The position numbers and the translations under genes are program-made. Positions 1 to 10,407 of a stretch of 64,000 nt of DNA are shown here, piece by piece (positions within the stretch are counted from its first letter, which is position 1; every line of letters starts with the position of its first letter). The DNA comes from an uncultured Gammaproteobacteria bacterium. GTDB taxonomy: Bacteria; Pseudomonadota; Gammaproteobacteria; HyVt-429. The notes below the pieces were generated by a model. That model made no database searches. It was not told the DNA's origin and was given only the letters and a program-made list of their open reading frames with translations. Where the stretch lies: the NCBI GenBank assembly GCA_947259975.1, contig CAMYOD010000037.1, positions 9,522 to 73,521 of the forward strand, read 5' to 3'.

Positions 1-50
1 CCTATGAATGTATTTCGTACCACAATCCACCCCCCAACAATTAAATTTGT

Positions 51-482
51 TCAATCAGTGACTTTTTCCCACGTGCGGCGGAAGAACCCCTTTTTCTTTT
101 TCTTTTTGTCTCCCTCGCGCACAACCAACGTCTCAGCGTCCGCCGCCACCTCGGACTTCGCGTCGGCCCACTTACCACCACGGTTAATCGATACAACCTC
201 GTCGTCGGCGAATACAACGGTCAAACGAGTTGTTTCATCCGGTGAATCGCCGAGCCGGGTATGCGAGTAAAAGTAGTCCCAGCGGGATTCGTGAAAACTA
301 TCGTGCACGAGCGGTGAGCCAAGCACAAATCTGACCTGTCTGCGCGTCATACCGACGTGCACCTTGGCAGCCATTTCGGGTGTTACGATATTGCCCTGTG
401 GCACCTCGAGCTTGTAGTACTTGCAGCCGGTCGACAACACGGCAATCACCACAGATGTGGCGATTATGACGGAAATTCGCAT
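51..482 (-). CDS. bamE: Outer membrane protein assembly factor BamE (SmpA/OmlA lipoprotein)
   Basis: Lipobox LSTGC and motifs QGN, GMTRRQVRFVLGSP and RWDY; divergent from fur. Start moved to ATG 482. Confidence 0.92.
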   Translation of the reverse strand: MRISVIIATSVVIAVLSTGCKYYKLEVPQGNIVTPEMAAKVHVGMTRRQVRFVLGSPLVHDSFHESRWDYFYSHTRLGDSPDETTRLTVVFADDEVVSINRGGKWADAKSEVAADAETLVVREGDKKKKKKGFFRRTWEKVTD

Positions 483-598
483 TAGGCAATCTTTAATGAG
501 TACATTAAACTGGCAGGATGATAAACCACGCCGGCGGTTTCGTACACCGAGGGCGTGGGCAGTATCACAACGACGAGCAGGCCGGGGCCCTTGAAGCA

Positions 599-1042
599 AT
601 GGGAGATACCACCGCAGACCTTAAAAAGGCGGGGCTGAAGACCACATTACCGCGCGTCAAGATTCTAGGCGTTCTGGAAAGCGCGGCGCAGCGCCATATG
701 GCCGCGGAAGACGTCTATAAGCTCCTGCTCGATGCGGGCGAGGAAGTCGGGCTCGCGACGGTCTATCGGGTGCTGACTCAATTCGAGCAGGCCGGCCTGG
801 TCATCCGCCATAATTTCGAAGGCGGGCGCGCGGTTTTTGAACTCAACCAGGGCAGCCATCACGACCATATGGTGTGCGTGGAATGCGGCCGGGTGTTCGA
901 GTTTTTCGACAAGACCATCGAGGAGCGTCAAACCAGCGTCGCCAAGGCAGCCGGCTTCGTTATCGGCGATCATTCCCTCTATCTGTACGGTGTTTGTGAG
1001 GGCATGAAGAAAAAGGGCGTTTGTTCCAAGGGCGGCAAGTAA
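599..1042 (+). CDS. fur: Ferric uptake regulator
   Basis: LKKAGLKTTLPR, GLATVYRVLTQFE and HHDHMVCxxC motifs; start moved to ATG 599. Confidence 0.97.
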   Translation: MGDTTADLKKAGLKTTLPRVKILGVLESAAQRHMAAEDVYKLLLDAGEEVGLATVYRVLTQFEQAGLVIRHNFEGGRAVFELNQGSHHDHMVCVECGRVFEFFDKTIEERQTSVAKAAGFVIGDHSLYLYGVCEGMKKKGVCSKGGK

Positions 1043-1063
1043 TCCGTCGATTCATGCGCACGA

Positions 1064-2734
1064 TCAGGCCGAGGCCCGCATCAACATGTCTTCTGCGTGC
1101 GCCAGGGTCTGCTCGGTGATACTGATACCCCCGATCATGCGCGCCAATTCCGCCACCCGTGTTTCGCCATCGAGCGCATCGATCGCCACGCTGATTTCCG
1201 GCCTGGATCTTTTTTGCACGCAGTAGTGGTGGGAACCCTGTGCGGCGACCTGGGCCAGATGAGTGATGCACAAGACCTGACGGCTGGCGCCCAGGCTACT
1301 GAGCAGCCGGCCGACAATCTCCGCGACGCGACCGCCGATCCCGACATCAACCTCATCGAAGATAAGTGTGGGGATTCGCCCAATGCTCGCAGCGACTACT
1401 TGCAGCGCCAGGCTGACGCGCGAAAGCTCACCGCCGGAGGCGACTTTCGTTAACGGTTTGAGCGGTTGGCCCGGATTTGCGGTCACGATGAACTCAATCC
1501 GGTCGAAACCGTGTGCGTTGGGAGCATCGGTCCTGTTGCCGGTGACAGCGACCGCAAACTCGCCACCTGCCATGCCGAGTTCCTGCATATGGTCGGTGAC
1601 TTCGCTGGATAAGCGTTTCGCGGCCTTACGGCGCGCCCGGGAAAGCGTCTCGGCGACGGTTTGATATTCCGCCTGTACGCCGGCAAGTTCTTCCTCGATG
1701 GCTGCGAGATGATAATCCGTATCCTCCAGCTCGCTGAGTTGCTGTGCGAGACGCTCGCGCACCGCGGACAGTTGTTCCGGTTGCACGCGATGCTTGCGGG
1801 CCAGGTCATGGATGGTGCCGAGCTGCTGATCGACGCTGCCCAGTCGATCCGGGTCGAGCTGCAGCCGGTCCAGGTAATGGCGCAAACTATTTACCGTTTC
1901 ATCTACCTGAATCAACGCCTCGTTAAGTAACTTGATATTCTCGTCGAGTGCACCGTCAAACTTTGTCAGAATATGTAAGCGTTCGTTGGCACTCACCAGC
2001 AGTTGATTGGCGTTGCCGTTCTCATCCTCATACAACGCAGCAATCGTCGCCTGAATCCCCTCAATCAATTCGCTGGCATTGGCCAGCCGTGCATGCTCGT
2101 CCTGCAGTGCCGCGTACTCGTCCCTGCCCAGGGTCAGGTCTTTTAGTTCGTCGACCTGGTAGCGCAACAGTTCAAGCCGTTCGTCCCGGTCCTGCAGGTC
2201 GGCGCTTAACTTGTCGCGCCGCTGCAACAAGGCACGGTAATCGTGATAGAGCGCGCTCACACGGCGGACATTGTCGGTTTGTTCTGCATAGTCGTCCAGG
2301 ATCTGGCGCTGCACATCACGTTTAAGAAGGGACTGATGTTCATGTTGCCCGTGGATGTCGACCAACAGATCGCCGAGATCTCGCAGTGACTGCATGGCGA
2401 CCGGACGTCCATTGATAAATCCCTTGGTCGGTTTTTCCCGATAGATGAGGCGTCGCAATACACATTGCCCATCCTCGAACAGATCATTTTCCTCGAGCCA
2501 CTGTGCGGCATCCTGGTCGGCGTGGACATGGAACGAGGCGAGCACCTCGGCACTATCGCAACCATGACGAATCACATCTGTATCTGCGCGTGTGCCCAGC
2601 ACCAGCGACAAGGCGTCGATCATTATGGATTTACCGGCACCGGTCTCGCCGGTGAATACGTTCAGGCCGTGATCCAGACTCAGTTCGAGCTGCTTGACGA
2701 CGGCCAGATCCCGTATGTAGAGGTCAGTCAGCAC
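1064..2734 (-). CDS. recN: DNA repair protein RecN
   Basis: Walker A TGETGAGKS, signature SGGELSR, Walker B LIFDEVD, and CITHLAQVAA. Confidence 0.97.
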   Translation of the reverse strand: MLTDLYIRDLAVVKQLELSLDHGLNVFTGETGAGKSIMIDALSLVLGTRADTDVIRHGCDSAEVLASFHVHADQDAAQWLEENDLFEDGQCVLRRLIYREKPTKGFINGRPVAMQSLRDLGDLLVDIHGQHEHQSLLKRDVQRQILDDYAEQTDNVRRVSALYHDYRALLQRRDKLSADLQDRDERLELLRYQVDELKDLTLGRDEYAALQDEHARLANASELIEGIQATIAALYEDENGNANQLLVSANERLHILTKFDGALDENIKLLNEALIQVDETVNSLRHYLDRLQLDPDRLGSVDQQLGTIHDLARKHRVQPEQLSAVRERLAQQLSELEDTDYHLAAIEEELAGVQAEYQTVAETLSRARRKAAKRLSSEVTDHMQELGMAGGEFAVAVTGNRTDAPNAHGFDRIEFIVTANPGQPLKPLTKVASGGELSRVSLALQVVAASIGRIPTLIFDEVDVGIGGRVAEIVGRLLSSLGASRQVLCITHLAQVAAQGSHHYCVQKRSRPEISVAIDALDGETRVAELARMIGGISITEQTLAHAEDMLMRASA

Positions 2735-2738
2735 GTCG

Positions 2739-3623
2739 TTACCCTGTGGGTTTTTCTCCCCAATGCAGTTTTGCCCGCAACACGTCGTAATGACTGCGGC
2801 CGCTGGGATGAATCAGGGTGACGGCTTTATCGGCGCGGCGCACATAGATGCAATCTTCGCCCTGGACTGGAAAAATGGTCTGACCGTCGAACGTCACATT
2901 CGCCGCGTGTTGCGGCACATCGGTCAAGACCACCTCGACGACGCAATCATTGCTGACCACGATCGGTCGATCGCTCAGTGTGTGTGGGCATATCGGCACC
3001 AATACGATTGCCGGTAACCGCGGATTAAGGATCGGCCCGCCGGCGGACAAGGCATAGGCCGTCGATCCCGTGGGCGTGGCGACGATGATGCCGTCGGCGC
3101 GCATACTGTTGACGAACTCGCCGTCCAGGTAGGTTTCGAATTCGATCAGACGGGAGAGCCCCGACTTGCCGATGATAACGTCGTTGAATGCATTCGAGGC
3201 ATGAACGATTTTGCCCTTACGCATAATCTCGCCGTCGAGCAGGAACCGTTTCTCGGACTCATAGTCACCCGCGAGAATGGGCCCCAGGTCTTCCGTCATC
3301 TGATCCGCCGGTATGTCGGTGAGAAAGCCGAGTCGTCCCAGGTTGATCCCGAGTAGCGGCACACCGCTGGGCGCCATGGACCGGGCCAGGTTCAGCATGG
3401 TGCCGTCGCCGCCGACCACGATGGCGAGGTCGATCTCGCCGCTGATCGCCGGGCGTGGCAGGCTTTCCGCCAGTGGCTGGTCGATGGTGGCGGCGGTGGT
3501 CTCGCCCAACAGCACTTCGAGACCACGCTGTTTCAGATAGCGCGTGAGGTCGTTGACCACGTGGCCGACGCTGGCGTCTTGGTACTTTCCGAAAAGACCG
3601 ATAGTTTTGAACGGCTTAGGCAT
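2739..3623 (-). CDS. nadK: NAD(+) kinase
   Basis: GGDGT, NLGRLGFL, ND and TPTGSTAYALSAGGP motifs; recN-nadK-hrcA synteny. Confidence 0.96.
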   Translation of the reverse strand: MPKPFKTIGLFGKYQDASVGHVVNDLTRYLKQRGLEVLLGETTAATIDQPLAESLPRPAISGEIDLAIVVGGDGTMLNLARSMAPSGVPLLGINLGRLGFLTDIPADQMTEDLGPILAGDYESEKRFLLDGEIMRKGKIVHASNAFNDVIIGKSGLSRLIEFETYLDGEFVNSMRADGIIVATPTGSTAYALSAGGPILNPRLPAIVLVPICPHTLSDRPIVVSNDCVVEVVLTDVPQHAANVTFDGQTIFPVQGEDCIYVRRADKAVTLIHPSGRSHYDVLRAKLHWGEKPTG

Positions 3624-3690
3624 GCATGGGTTCCTTTTTTTCTAACCTATCACGGGGGTGGGTCCGGTGCCAGCGGTACACGGGTCGAGC

Positions 3691-3720
3691 TTGACAGTCC
3701 GCCGGGTCCGTTGCTAGCTT
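3691..3720 (+). promoter_or_regulatory. sigma70 promoter of hrcA
   Basis: TTGACA (3691-3696), 18-bp spacer with TG extension, TAGCTT (3715-3720); lies directly upstream of CIRCE. Confidence 0.65.
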
Positions 3721-3723
3721 GCC

Positions 3724-3750
3724 TTGGCACTCATATCCTGAGAGTGCCAG
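3724..3750 (+). promoter_or_regulatory. CIRCE element (HrcA operator)
   Basis: TTGGCACTC-N9-GAGTGCCAG versus consensus TTAGCACTC-N9-GAGTGCTAA; 15 bp upstream of the hrcA ATG. Confidence 0.92.
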
Positions 3751-3765
3751 ACTAGTCATACGATC

Positions 3766-4797
3766 ATGTCACTGAATACCCGGGCCGAAGTTCTCTTCAA
3801 GACGCTGGTGCAGCTCTACATCGACGGTGGACAGCCGGTCGGTTCGCGGACCCTTGCGCGCCAAGCGGGCCTGGAACTGAGCCCGGCGACCATCCGCAAC
3901 GTCATGGCCGATCTGGAAGAGCTGGGCCTGGTCGAGTCGCCGCACACCTCGGCGGGTCGGGTGCCGACCCAGCTCGGTTACCGCTTGTTCGTCGACTCGC
4001 TGGTCAAGGTATCGCCCCTGGATCAGAAGGCGCTGCACATGATCGAAGATAAATTGACCTCGAAGCACGACCCACAGGCGCTGCTGGCGTCGGCGTCCAG
4101 TCTGTTATCGGAGTTTACCCATTTGGCTGGGGTGGTTACCGTGCCGAAGCCGGATCATGCGGCGCTGCGCCAGCTGGAATTCGTACGCATGTCCAAGGAC
4201 CGGATCCTGGTCATTCTTGTGACCAACGAAGGCCGTGTGCAGAACCAGATAATCGGAGCGGATCGGGAATACTCCGACAGCGAATTGGTGGAAGCCGGCA
4301 ATTTCTTCAATGCCACTTATGGCGGTATGTCTCTCGATGACGTCAGGCATGAGCTCTTGACGGCAATGGAGCGGGACAGCCGCGACATGCATCGAATCAC
4401 GCAGACCGCGTTAGAGATGGCGCGGCAGATGTTTCAGCAGGCGGAAGATGACGCGGAAGAGGAATTGGTGGTCAGCGGTGAGGCGAATCTACTCGAAGTA
4501 CCAGAATGGAGTGATGTTTCGAAATTGCGCGATCTATTCAGCGCGTTTAAACGGAAACGCGACCTCCTGCACCTGTTGGATCGCAGCGTGCGTACCAGCG
4601 GCATTCAGATCTTCATCGGTGACGAGTCGGGGTACCGACCGCTGCATGACTGCAGTGTGATTTCGGCGCCCTATGAAGTCGACGGCAGTGTCGTCGGCAC
4701 GCTGGCCGTCGTCGGTCCGACGCGGATGTCCTACGAGCGTGTCATCCCCATGGTGGACGTCACCGCCCGCCTGCTCAGCAGCGCCTTGCGCGGCTGA
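3766..4797 (+). CDS. hrcA: Heat-inducible transcription repressor HrcA
   Basis: PVGSRTL, SPATIRNVMADLE, PHTSAGRVPT and GPTRMSY motifs. Confidence 0.97.
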   Translation: MSLNTRAEVLFKTLVQLYIDGGQPVGSRTLARQAGLELSPATIRNVMADLEELGLVESPHTSAGRVPTQLGYRLFVDSLVKVSPLDQKALHMIEDKLTSKHDPQALLASASSLLSEFTHLAGVVTVPKPDHAALRQLEFVRMSKDRILVILVTNEGRVQNQIIGADREYSDSELVEAGNFFNATYGGMSLDDVRHELLTAMERDSRDMHRITQTALEMARQMFQQAEDDAEEELVVSGEANLLEVPEWSDVSKLRDLFSAFKRKRDLLHLLDRSVRTSGIQIFIGDESGYRPLHDCSVISAPYEVDGSVVGTLAVVGPTRMSYERVIPMVDVTARLLSSALRG

Positions 4798-4864
4798 CGG
4801 CCTGATCGCCCGGGTCCGAACCGGCGGCCGGGCCCGCGTCTCGCTCCCCAGGTGTCGGGATAGC

Positions 4865-4893
4865 CTTGAAACCCCGCCTGATCAGCCCCATTT
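4865..4893 (+). promoter_or_regulatory. sigma32 (RpoH) promoter of grpE
   Basis: CTTGAAA-N14-CCCCATTT matches the RpoH consensus. Confidence 0.85.
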
Positions 4894-4931
4894 ACACTTT
4901 ATTCAATACCGTATCCAGGGGTTTGTGCTGT

Positions 4932-5528
4932 ATGACTAAGGAGCAGAAGGGTGCCGACGTGGCGCCCGGTGAGGACGGGGGGCTTGGGGAGGCCGCGGCG
5001 CAGGCCGCTGCGGGCGACGCGGATAGGCTGCAGGCGCGGCTGGACGAGGCGGTTGCCGCCCTGGCCGAGCAAAAAGACAAGGTCTTGCGCGCGCATGCCG
5101 AAGTCGAAAATGTCCGTCGCCGCGCCGAGACCGAGGTCGCCAATGCACGTAAGTTCGGCCTCGAGCGTTTCGCCGCCGAAATCATCAGCGTCAAAGACAG
5201 TCTTGAGCTCGCTCAGGCAGTCGACCTCCAACACGACAACAAGGATGCCGTCGCCAAGATGTTCGAGGGCATCGAACTGACCGACAAGCTGCTTGCGAAT
5301 ATTTTCGAGAAATTCCAGCTTGTCGTCGTGGCACCGGCGAAGGGTGACAAGTTCGACCCCGAGCGGCACCAGGCCATGAGCATGATGGAGTCCTCGGAGG
5401 TACCGGCGAACCATGTGCTGAACCTGGTGCAGAAGGGTTATACCCTGCATGAGCGCCTGCTGCGCCCGGCGATGGTGATCGTGGCCAAACAGGCGACGGC
5501 AAATGCCGCCGACGAGGCCCCGGAATAG
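4932..5528 (+). CDS. grpE: Nucleotide exchange factor GrpE
   Basis: RAHAEVENVRRR, FDPERHQAM and QKGYTLHERLLRPAMV motifs; start at ATG 4932. Confidence 0.96.
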   Translation: MTKEQKGADVAPGEDGGLGEAAAQAAAGDADRLQARLDEAVAALAEQKDKVLRAHAEVENVRRRAETEVANARKFGLERFAAEIISVKDSLELAQAVDLQHDNKDAVAKMFEGIELTDKLLANIFEKFQLVVVAPAKGDKFDPERHQAMSMMESSEVPANHVLNLVQKGYTLHERLLRPAMVIVAKQATANAADEAPE

Positions 5529-5540
5529 CCCGCGAAAAGG

Positions 5541-5568
5541 CTTGAAAATAAGGTGCGCAGCCCCATTT
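5541..5568 (+). promoter_or_regulatory. sigma32 (RpoH) promoter of dnaK
   Basis: CTTGAAA-N13-CCCCATTT. Confidence 0.85.
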
Positions 5569-5629
5569 TCTAGGTATATGGCGGCCGCTGCGCCTGGCAG
5601 ACAATCTGGATTTATTTGAGGAATACCAC

Positions 5630-7564
5630 ATGGCCAAGATAATCGGCATTGATTTGGGAACCACCAACTCCTGTGTTGCGGTGATGGAGGGCGACAAGCC
5701 CCGCGTGATCGAGAACGCGGAGGGCACGCGCACGACCCCGTCGGTGGTGGCGTTTACTGAAGACGGCGAGGTGCTGGTCGGCCAATCGGCGAAGCGTCAG
5801 GCCGTGACCAACCCGGAACACACCCTGTTTGCCATCAAACGCCTGATTGGCCGCAAGTTCGATGAAGACGTCGTGCAGCGGGACATGGAACTCGTGCCCT
5901 ACAAAATCGTCAAGGCGAAGAACGGCGACGCCTGGGTGGCCGCCCGTGGCAAGGAAATGGCGGCGCCCGAGGTGTCCGCACGGGTGCTGCAGAAGATGAA
6001 GCAGACCGCGGAGGACTATCTCGGCGAGGAGGTCAAGGAAGCCGTCATTACGGTCCCGGCCTACTTTAACGATTCACAGCGGCAGGCGACGAAAGACGCC
6101 GGCCGTATCGCGGGACTCGACGTCAAACGCATTATCAACGAGCCGACCGCCGCGGCGCTCGCCTTCGGGCTCGACAAAAAGGCCGGTGATCGCACGATTG
6201 CCGTTTATGATCTCGGTGGTGGTACCTTCGATATTTCGATCATTGAGATCGCGGATGTGGACGGTGAGCACCAGTTCGAGGTGTTGTCGACCAATGGTGA
6301 CACCTTCCTCGGCGGTGAAGATTTCGATAAACGCGTCATCGATTATCTCTCGGATGAATTCAAGAAGGACAACGGCATCGATCTGCGCGGTGATCCGCTC
6401 GCCATGCAGCGCCTCAAGGAGGCCGCCGAAAAAGCCAAGATCGAGCTGTCCTCGAGCCAGCAGACCGAAGTCAATCTGCCCTACATCACTGCGGACCAGA
6501 CCGGCCCCAAGCACCTGAATGTCAAATTGACCCGCGCCAAACTGGAGTCGTTGGTCGAAGACCTCGTGACGCGCACGGTGGAGCCCTGCAAGACCGCCCT
6601 CAAGGATGCCGGGCTGAAGGGCGCAGATATCGACGATGTGATTCTGGTTGGTGGCCAGACCCGTATGCCCAAGGTGCAGGAGGTGGTGCAGGACTTTTTC
6701 GGCAAGGAGCCGCGCCGGGATGTCAATCCGGATGAGGCGGTGGCGGTCGGTGCCGCCATTCAGGGCGGTGTCCTGGGTGGTGCGGTCAAAGACGTGCTCT
6801 TGCTCGATGTCACGCCCTTGTCGTTGGGTATCGAGACCCTGGGCGGCGTCATGACCAAGCTCATCGAGAAGAACACCACCATTCCGACCAAGACCAATCA
6901 GGTGTTTTCCACCGCGGACGACAATCAGACCGCAGTGACGGTGCACGTCATGCAGGGTGAGCGCGAGATGGCCGGGGGCAACAAGTCGCTCGGCAAGTTT
7001 GATCTCTCCGGCATCCCCCCGGCGCCGCGCGGTGTGCCACAGATCGATGTGGAATTCGATATCGATGCGAACGGTATTCTGCATGTGTCGGCGAAAGACA
7101 AGGCCACCGGCCAGGAGAATCGGATCGAGATCCGTGGCAGTTCCGGTCTCAGTGACGAGGAAATCGATCGCATGGTGCAGGATGCGGAGACCCATGCCGA
7201 CGAGGATCGTAAGGCCCACGAATTGGTCGAGACCCGTAATCAGGCAGATGCCATGATCCACAGCGTGCGCAAATCCATGGACGAACTCGGCGACAAACTC
7301 GACGCCGCGGAGAAAGAGAAGATCGAAGCCGCCATCAAGGATGTTGACGAGGCTCTGAAGTCCGACGACAAGGACGCGATCAGCGGCAAGACCGAAGCCT
7401 TGGCGCAGGCGAGTCACAAACTGGCGGAGCAGTTGTATGCGCAGGCCAGTGATGCTGAGCAGGCCGCGGAGGCAGGTGCGCAGCCGGAGGCCGAGAGTGA
7501 GGCCGCGAGCGCCGAGGACGTGGTCGACGCCGAGTTCGAAGAGGTCAAAGAGGACAAGGGTTAA
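5630..7564 (+). CDS. dnaK: Chaperone DnaK (Hsp70)
   Basis: [17 protein letters not shown] and C-terminal DAEFEEV. Confidence 0.99.
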   Translation: MAKIIGIDLGTTNSCVAVMEGDKPRVIENAEGTRTTPSVVAFTEDGEVLVGQSAKRQAVTNPEHTLFAIKRLIGRKFDEDVVQRDMELVPYKIVKAKNGDAWVAARGKEMAAPEVSARVLQKMKQTAEDYLGEEVKEAVITVPAYFNDSQRQATKDAGRIAGLDVKRIINEPTAAALAFGLDKKAGDRTIAVYDLGGGTFDISIIEIADVDGEHQFEVLSTNGDTFLGGEDFDKRVIDYLSDEFKKDNGIDLRGDPLAMQRLKEAAEKAKIELSSSQQTEVNLPYITADQTGPKHLNVKLTRAKLESLVEDLVTRTVEPCKTALKDAGLKGADIDDVILVGGQTRMPKVQEVVQDFFGKEPRRDVNPDEAVAVGAAIQGGVLGGAVKDVLLLDVTPLSLGIETLGGVMTKLIEKNTTIPTKTNQVFSTADDNQTAVTVHVMQGEREMAGGNKSLGKFDLSGIPPAPRGVPQIDVEFDIDANGILHVSAKDKATGQENRIEIRGSSGLSDEEIDRMVQDAETHADEDRKAHELVETRNQADAMIHSVRKSMDELGDKLDAAEKEKIEAAIKDVDEALKSDDKDAISGKTEALAQASHKLAEQLYAQASDAEQAAEAGAQPEAESEAASAEDVVDAEFEEVKEDKG

Positions 7565-7713
7565 CACTCCGGCGCACGTACAGCGCGGGGCTGGTTCTAA
7601 TGTAGCGGCACGGGTGTGGAACTGACGATTCCACGCCTGTGCCTTTGTACGTCTAGCGCGGGTAATCGATAACATGGACGCGGTGCGATAACACCGTGTC
7701 GAGACGGGAAGAC

Positions 7714-8853
7714 ATGGCGAAAGCGGACTATTACGAAACACTGGGTGTGGCGCGCAACGCCTCCGAGGCGGAGCTGAAGAAGGCCTATCGTCGCCTGGCG
7801 ATGAAACATCACCCGGACCGCAACGCCGGCGATAAAGATGCGGAGCACAAATTCAAGGAGGCCAAGGAGGCGTATGACGTTCTCAGCGACGCGCAAAAAC
7901 GCGCCGCCTATGATCAGTTCGGACACGCCGGTGTCGACCCGTCCATGGGCGGCGGTGGGTTTCACGCCGCGGGTGGGGCTGCCGGTTTCGGCGACATTTT
8001 CGGCGACATTTTCGGCGACATTTTCGGCGGCGGTCGACGTGGCGGTGGACGCACGGCGGCGCACGGCGCCGATCTGCGGTACAATCTGGAGCTGAATCTT
8101 GAAGACGCGGTGCGCGGTACCGAGGTCAAGGTACGTGTGCCGACTATGGTGCGCTGCGAAACCTGCGAAGGCACCGGCGCGAAGCCGGGTTCGGCACCCA
8201 CGTCCTGCGGTACCTGCGGCGGTCATGGTCAAGTGCGCATGCAGCAGGGATTTTTCTCCATTCAACAGACTTGTCCGGCGTGCCATGGTCGTGGCCAGGT
8301 CATCAATGACCCCTGCACCACCTGTCACGGTCAGGGACGGCAACGGCAGACAAAGACCCTGTCGGTCAAGATCCCGGCGGGGATCGATTCCGGCGACCAG
8401 ATCCGCTTGGCGGGCGAAGGCGAGGCCGGCGAGCACGGCGCTCCGCCCGGCGACTTGTATGTGCATATCCGGATCAAGCCGCACGCCATATTCAAACGGG
8501 AACAGGATGACCTTTACTGCGAGATGCCGGTCAGTTTTCCGACCCTGGCACTGGGCGGTGAACTGGAGGTGCCTACGCTGGACGGTCGCGCCAAGCTCAA
8601 GATTCCCCCCGAGACGCAGACGGAAAAGCTATTCCGTATGCGCGGTAAGGGCGTAAAAAACGTGCGCAGCGGACATGTGGGCGATCTATTTTGTCGCGTA
8701 AGTGTCGAAACGCCGGTCAAACTGAACAAACGGCAAAAGGAAATCCTGCAGGAGTTCGAGGAAGTCACGCACGGCGGCGGCAGCCGTCACAACCCGCGCG
8801 CGGAGTCGTGGGCGGGTAAAATCAAGTCGTTTCTCGACGATATTGTCAGTTAA
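7714..8853 (+). CDS. dnaJ: Chaperone DnaJ
   Basis: J-domain HPD, G/F region with DIF repeats, and four CxxCxGxG zinc motifs. Confidence 0.98.
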   Translation: MAKADYYETLGVARNASEAELKKAYRRLAMKHHPDRNAGDKDAEHKFKEAKEAYDVLSDAQKRAAYDQFGHAGVDPSMGGGGFHAAGGAAGFGDIFGDIFGDIFGGGRRGGGRTAAHGADLRYNLELNLEDAVRGTEVKVRVPTMVRCETCEGTGAKPGSAPTSCGTCGGHGQVRMQQGFFSIQQTCPACHGRGQVINDPCTTCHGQGRQRQTKTLSVKIPAGIDSGDQIRLAGEGEAGEHGAPPGDLYVHIRIKPHAIFKREQDDLYCEMPVSFPTLALGGELEVPTLDGRAKLKIPPETQTEKLFRMRGKGVKNVRSGHVGDLFCRVSVETPVKLNKRQKEILQEFEEVTHGGGSRHNPRAESWAGKIKSFLDDIVS

Positions 8854-8864
8854 GCGGCACCACC

Positions 8865-9851
8865 TCAGGCGAGTGCACCACCGCAGCTACTGCCCGTACC
8901 GGCGGTACAGCCCAGACAGTGCCGGCCGACGGCGATGACACCATCCTTGAGTGCGCTCGCGTCGATATCCCACAGATAACGCTGCGCACCTCCCGCCAGC
9001 GGCAGATCGAGCATCTGATTAAAGTCGCAATCGAACACGCGCCCCAACCAGTCCACGCTGATCAGGTGCCGGCACATGAGACCCGGTACCGTAAGTGGAT
9101 TGAAACTGTCCCATAACAGACGTTCATATGCCTTGAGCTCACCATCCCTCTGCAACGCGTGCCGGAAGCGGTTGATGGGCAGATTGGTAATCGTTAACAG
9201 GTTCGAGAACTCGATCGTAAAATCCTCGCGCAACCGCGTCCTGTAATCGGCCTCCAGTTTGTCCTGTGCTGCGGGCAAAAAGGCACCGCCGGGGTTATAG
9301 ACCAGGTCGAGCACGCGGTCCTCACGCGTGCCGTAACCCAGCCGATTCAACTGTTGCAGGGCCCGGATGCTCTTGGCAAACACCCCCTTGCCCCGTTGGC
9401 GGTCGACGTTTTCGCGGGTGTAACAGGGCAGGGAGCAAACCAGTCGGACGCACCGCTGTGCATACCAGGCGGCCAGATCCTCCTGGTCGGGCTCGAGCAG
9501 CACCGTTAGATTACACCGCGATGTGACTGCAATCCCAGCGGTGAGCAACGCATCTACGAATTGGCGAAAGTGGGGGTTGAGTTCCGGCGCGCCGCCGGTG
9601 AGATCCGCATGATTCACGCCGGCGGTGCGCGCCCAGGCAAGTATATTTTCCATGGTCGCCCAGGACATGATCTCGGTGCGGTTGGGGCCCGCATCTACAT
9701 GACAATGATGACAGGCCTGGTTGCACAGGCGACCGACATTTACCTGTAGTTCGCTCAGGACGTCCCGTCGCAGCGGCGCCAGACCGTGTTGGCGCAACGC
9801 CTCATCGAAACCGCCGACCGCCGCCGATGAAAGACTTACATGTTGATCCAA
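8865..9851 (-). CDS. ArsS-like radical SAM / Cys-rich (DUF3641) protein
   Basis: CNQACHHC (CxxxCxxC), TGGAPELNP, LVYNPGGAFLP, DCDFNQML and C-terminal HCLGCTAGTGSSCGG, typical of the ArsS/DUF3641 family. The substrate here is unknown. Confidence 0.85.
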   Translation of the reverse strand: MDQHVSLSSAAVGGFDEALRQHGLAPLRRDVLSELQVNVGRLCNQACHHCHVDAGPNRTEIMSWATMENILAWARTAGVNHADLTGGAPELNPHFRQFVDALLTAGIAVTSRCNLTVLLEPDQEDLAAWYAQRCVRLVCSLPCYTRENVDRQRGKGVFAKSIRALQQLNRLGYGTREDRVLDLVYNPGGAFLPAAQDKLEADYRTRLREDFTIEFSNLLTITNLPINRFRHALQRDGELKAYERLLWDSFNPLTVPGLMCRHLISVDWLGRVFDCDFNQMLDLPLAGGAQRYLWDIDASALKDGVIAVGRHCLGCTAGTGSSCGGALA

Positions 9852-9914
9852 ACCTCGCCTCGTTTCTTGTTATAGGAGCCGCTGCGCGCCCGGATGGCGC
9901 GCGGCATACCGACG

Positions 9915-10355
9915 CTAGCCCATGTACTTCTTGCGGATGAAATGGTCGATGGAAATCTTGCCTGGTCCGTGCAACAACGGAATCAATAACATTAACCCCC
10001 AGACCTTGTGATCAAGTATGCCCGCCTCATTGAGCGACGGGTAGGAGACGACGGCAATGATATTGAACACGAACAGCACGAATGCGCTGAAGCGGCCGGC
10101 GAGACCAAACGCGAGTAAGACGGGGAAAATCAGTTCCGTGGCGGTGCCCAGGAATGCGGCAACTTGCGGCGAAAGAAAGGGCACCTGGTATTCGTAGGTA
10201 AACAGAGTCACCGTGGTGTCCCAACTCTGAATCTTGGTCAGCCCTGATTTCCAGAATACATTGGCGACCCACAAACGAATTGCGAGATCAGCGATCGGTG
10301 CAAGGAAATCGAGGGCGCGAATCTTGAGTCGCAGCAGGTCAATTAGTTTTTGCAT
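9915..10355 (-). CDS. DoxX family membrane protein (BufD-like)
   Basis: FWKSGLTK, LFxYEY, ELIFPVLL and GPGKISID motifs; about 4 TM segments; within the MNIO operon. Confidence 0.88.
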   Translation of the reverse strand: MQKLIDLLRLKIRALDFLAPIADLAIRLWVANVFWKSGLTKIQSWDTTVTLFTYEYQVPFLSPQVAAFLGTATELIFPVLLAFGLAGRFSAFVLFVFNIIAVVSYPSLNEAGILDHKVWGLMLLIPLLHGPGKISIDHFIRKKYMG

Positions 10356-10407
10356 CGTTCTTGCCTCCTTACTACCTAGTTTTTGTGTGGTGCGTTGTAT
10401 TCGTGCC

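Noticed and set aside
6074..7741. 555-aa ORF antisense to dnaK
   Set aside because: Well-known shadow ORF opposite hsp70 genes caused by codon bias; no independent motifs.
7987..8028. 12-bp tandem repeat TTCGGCGACATT x3.5
   Set aside because: Encodes the normal DIF repeats of the DnaJ G/F region.
8865..8900. Selenocysteine read-through in the radical SAM gene or the precursor
   Set aside because: The SSCGG motif uses a Cys codon, the TGA follows the normal family C-terminus, and the precursor ends in TAG.
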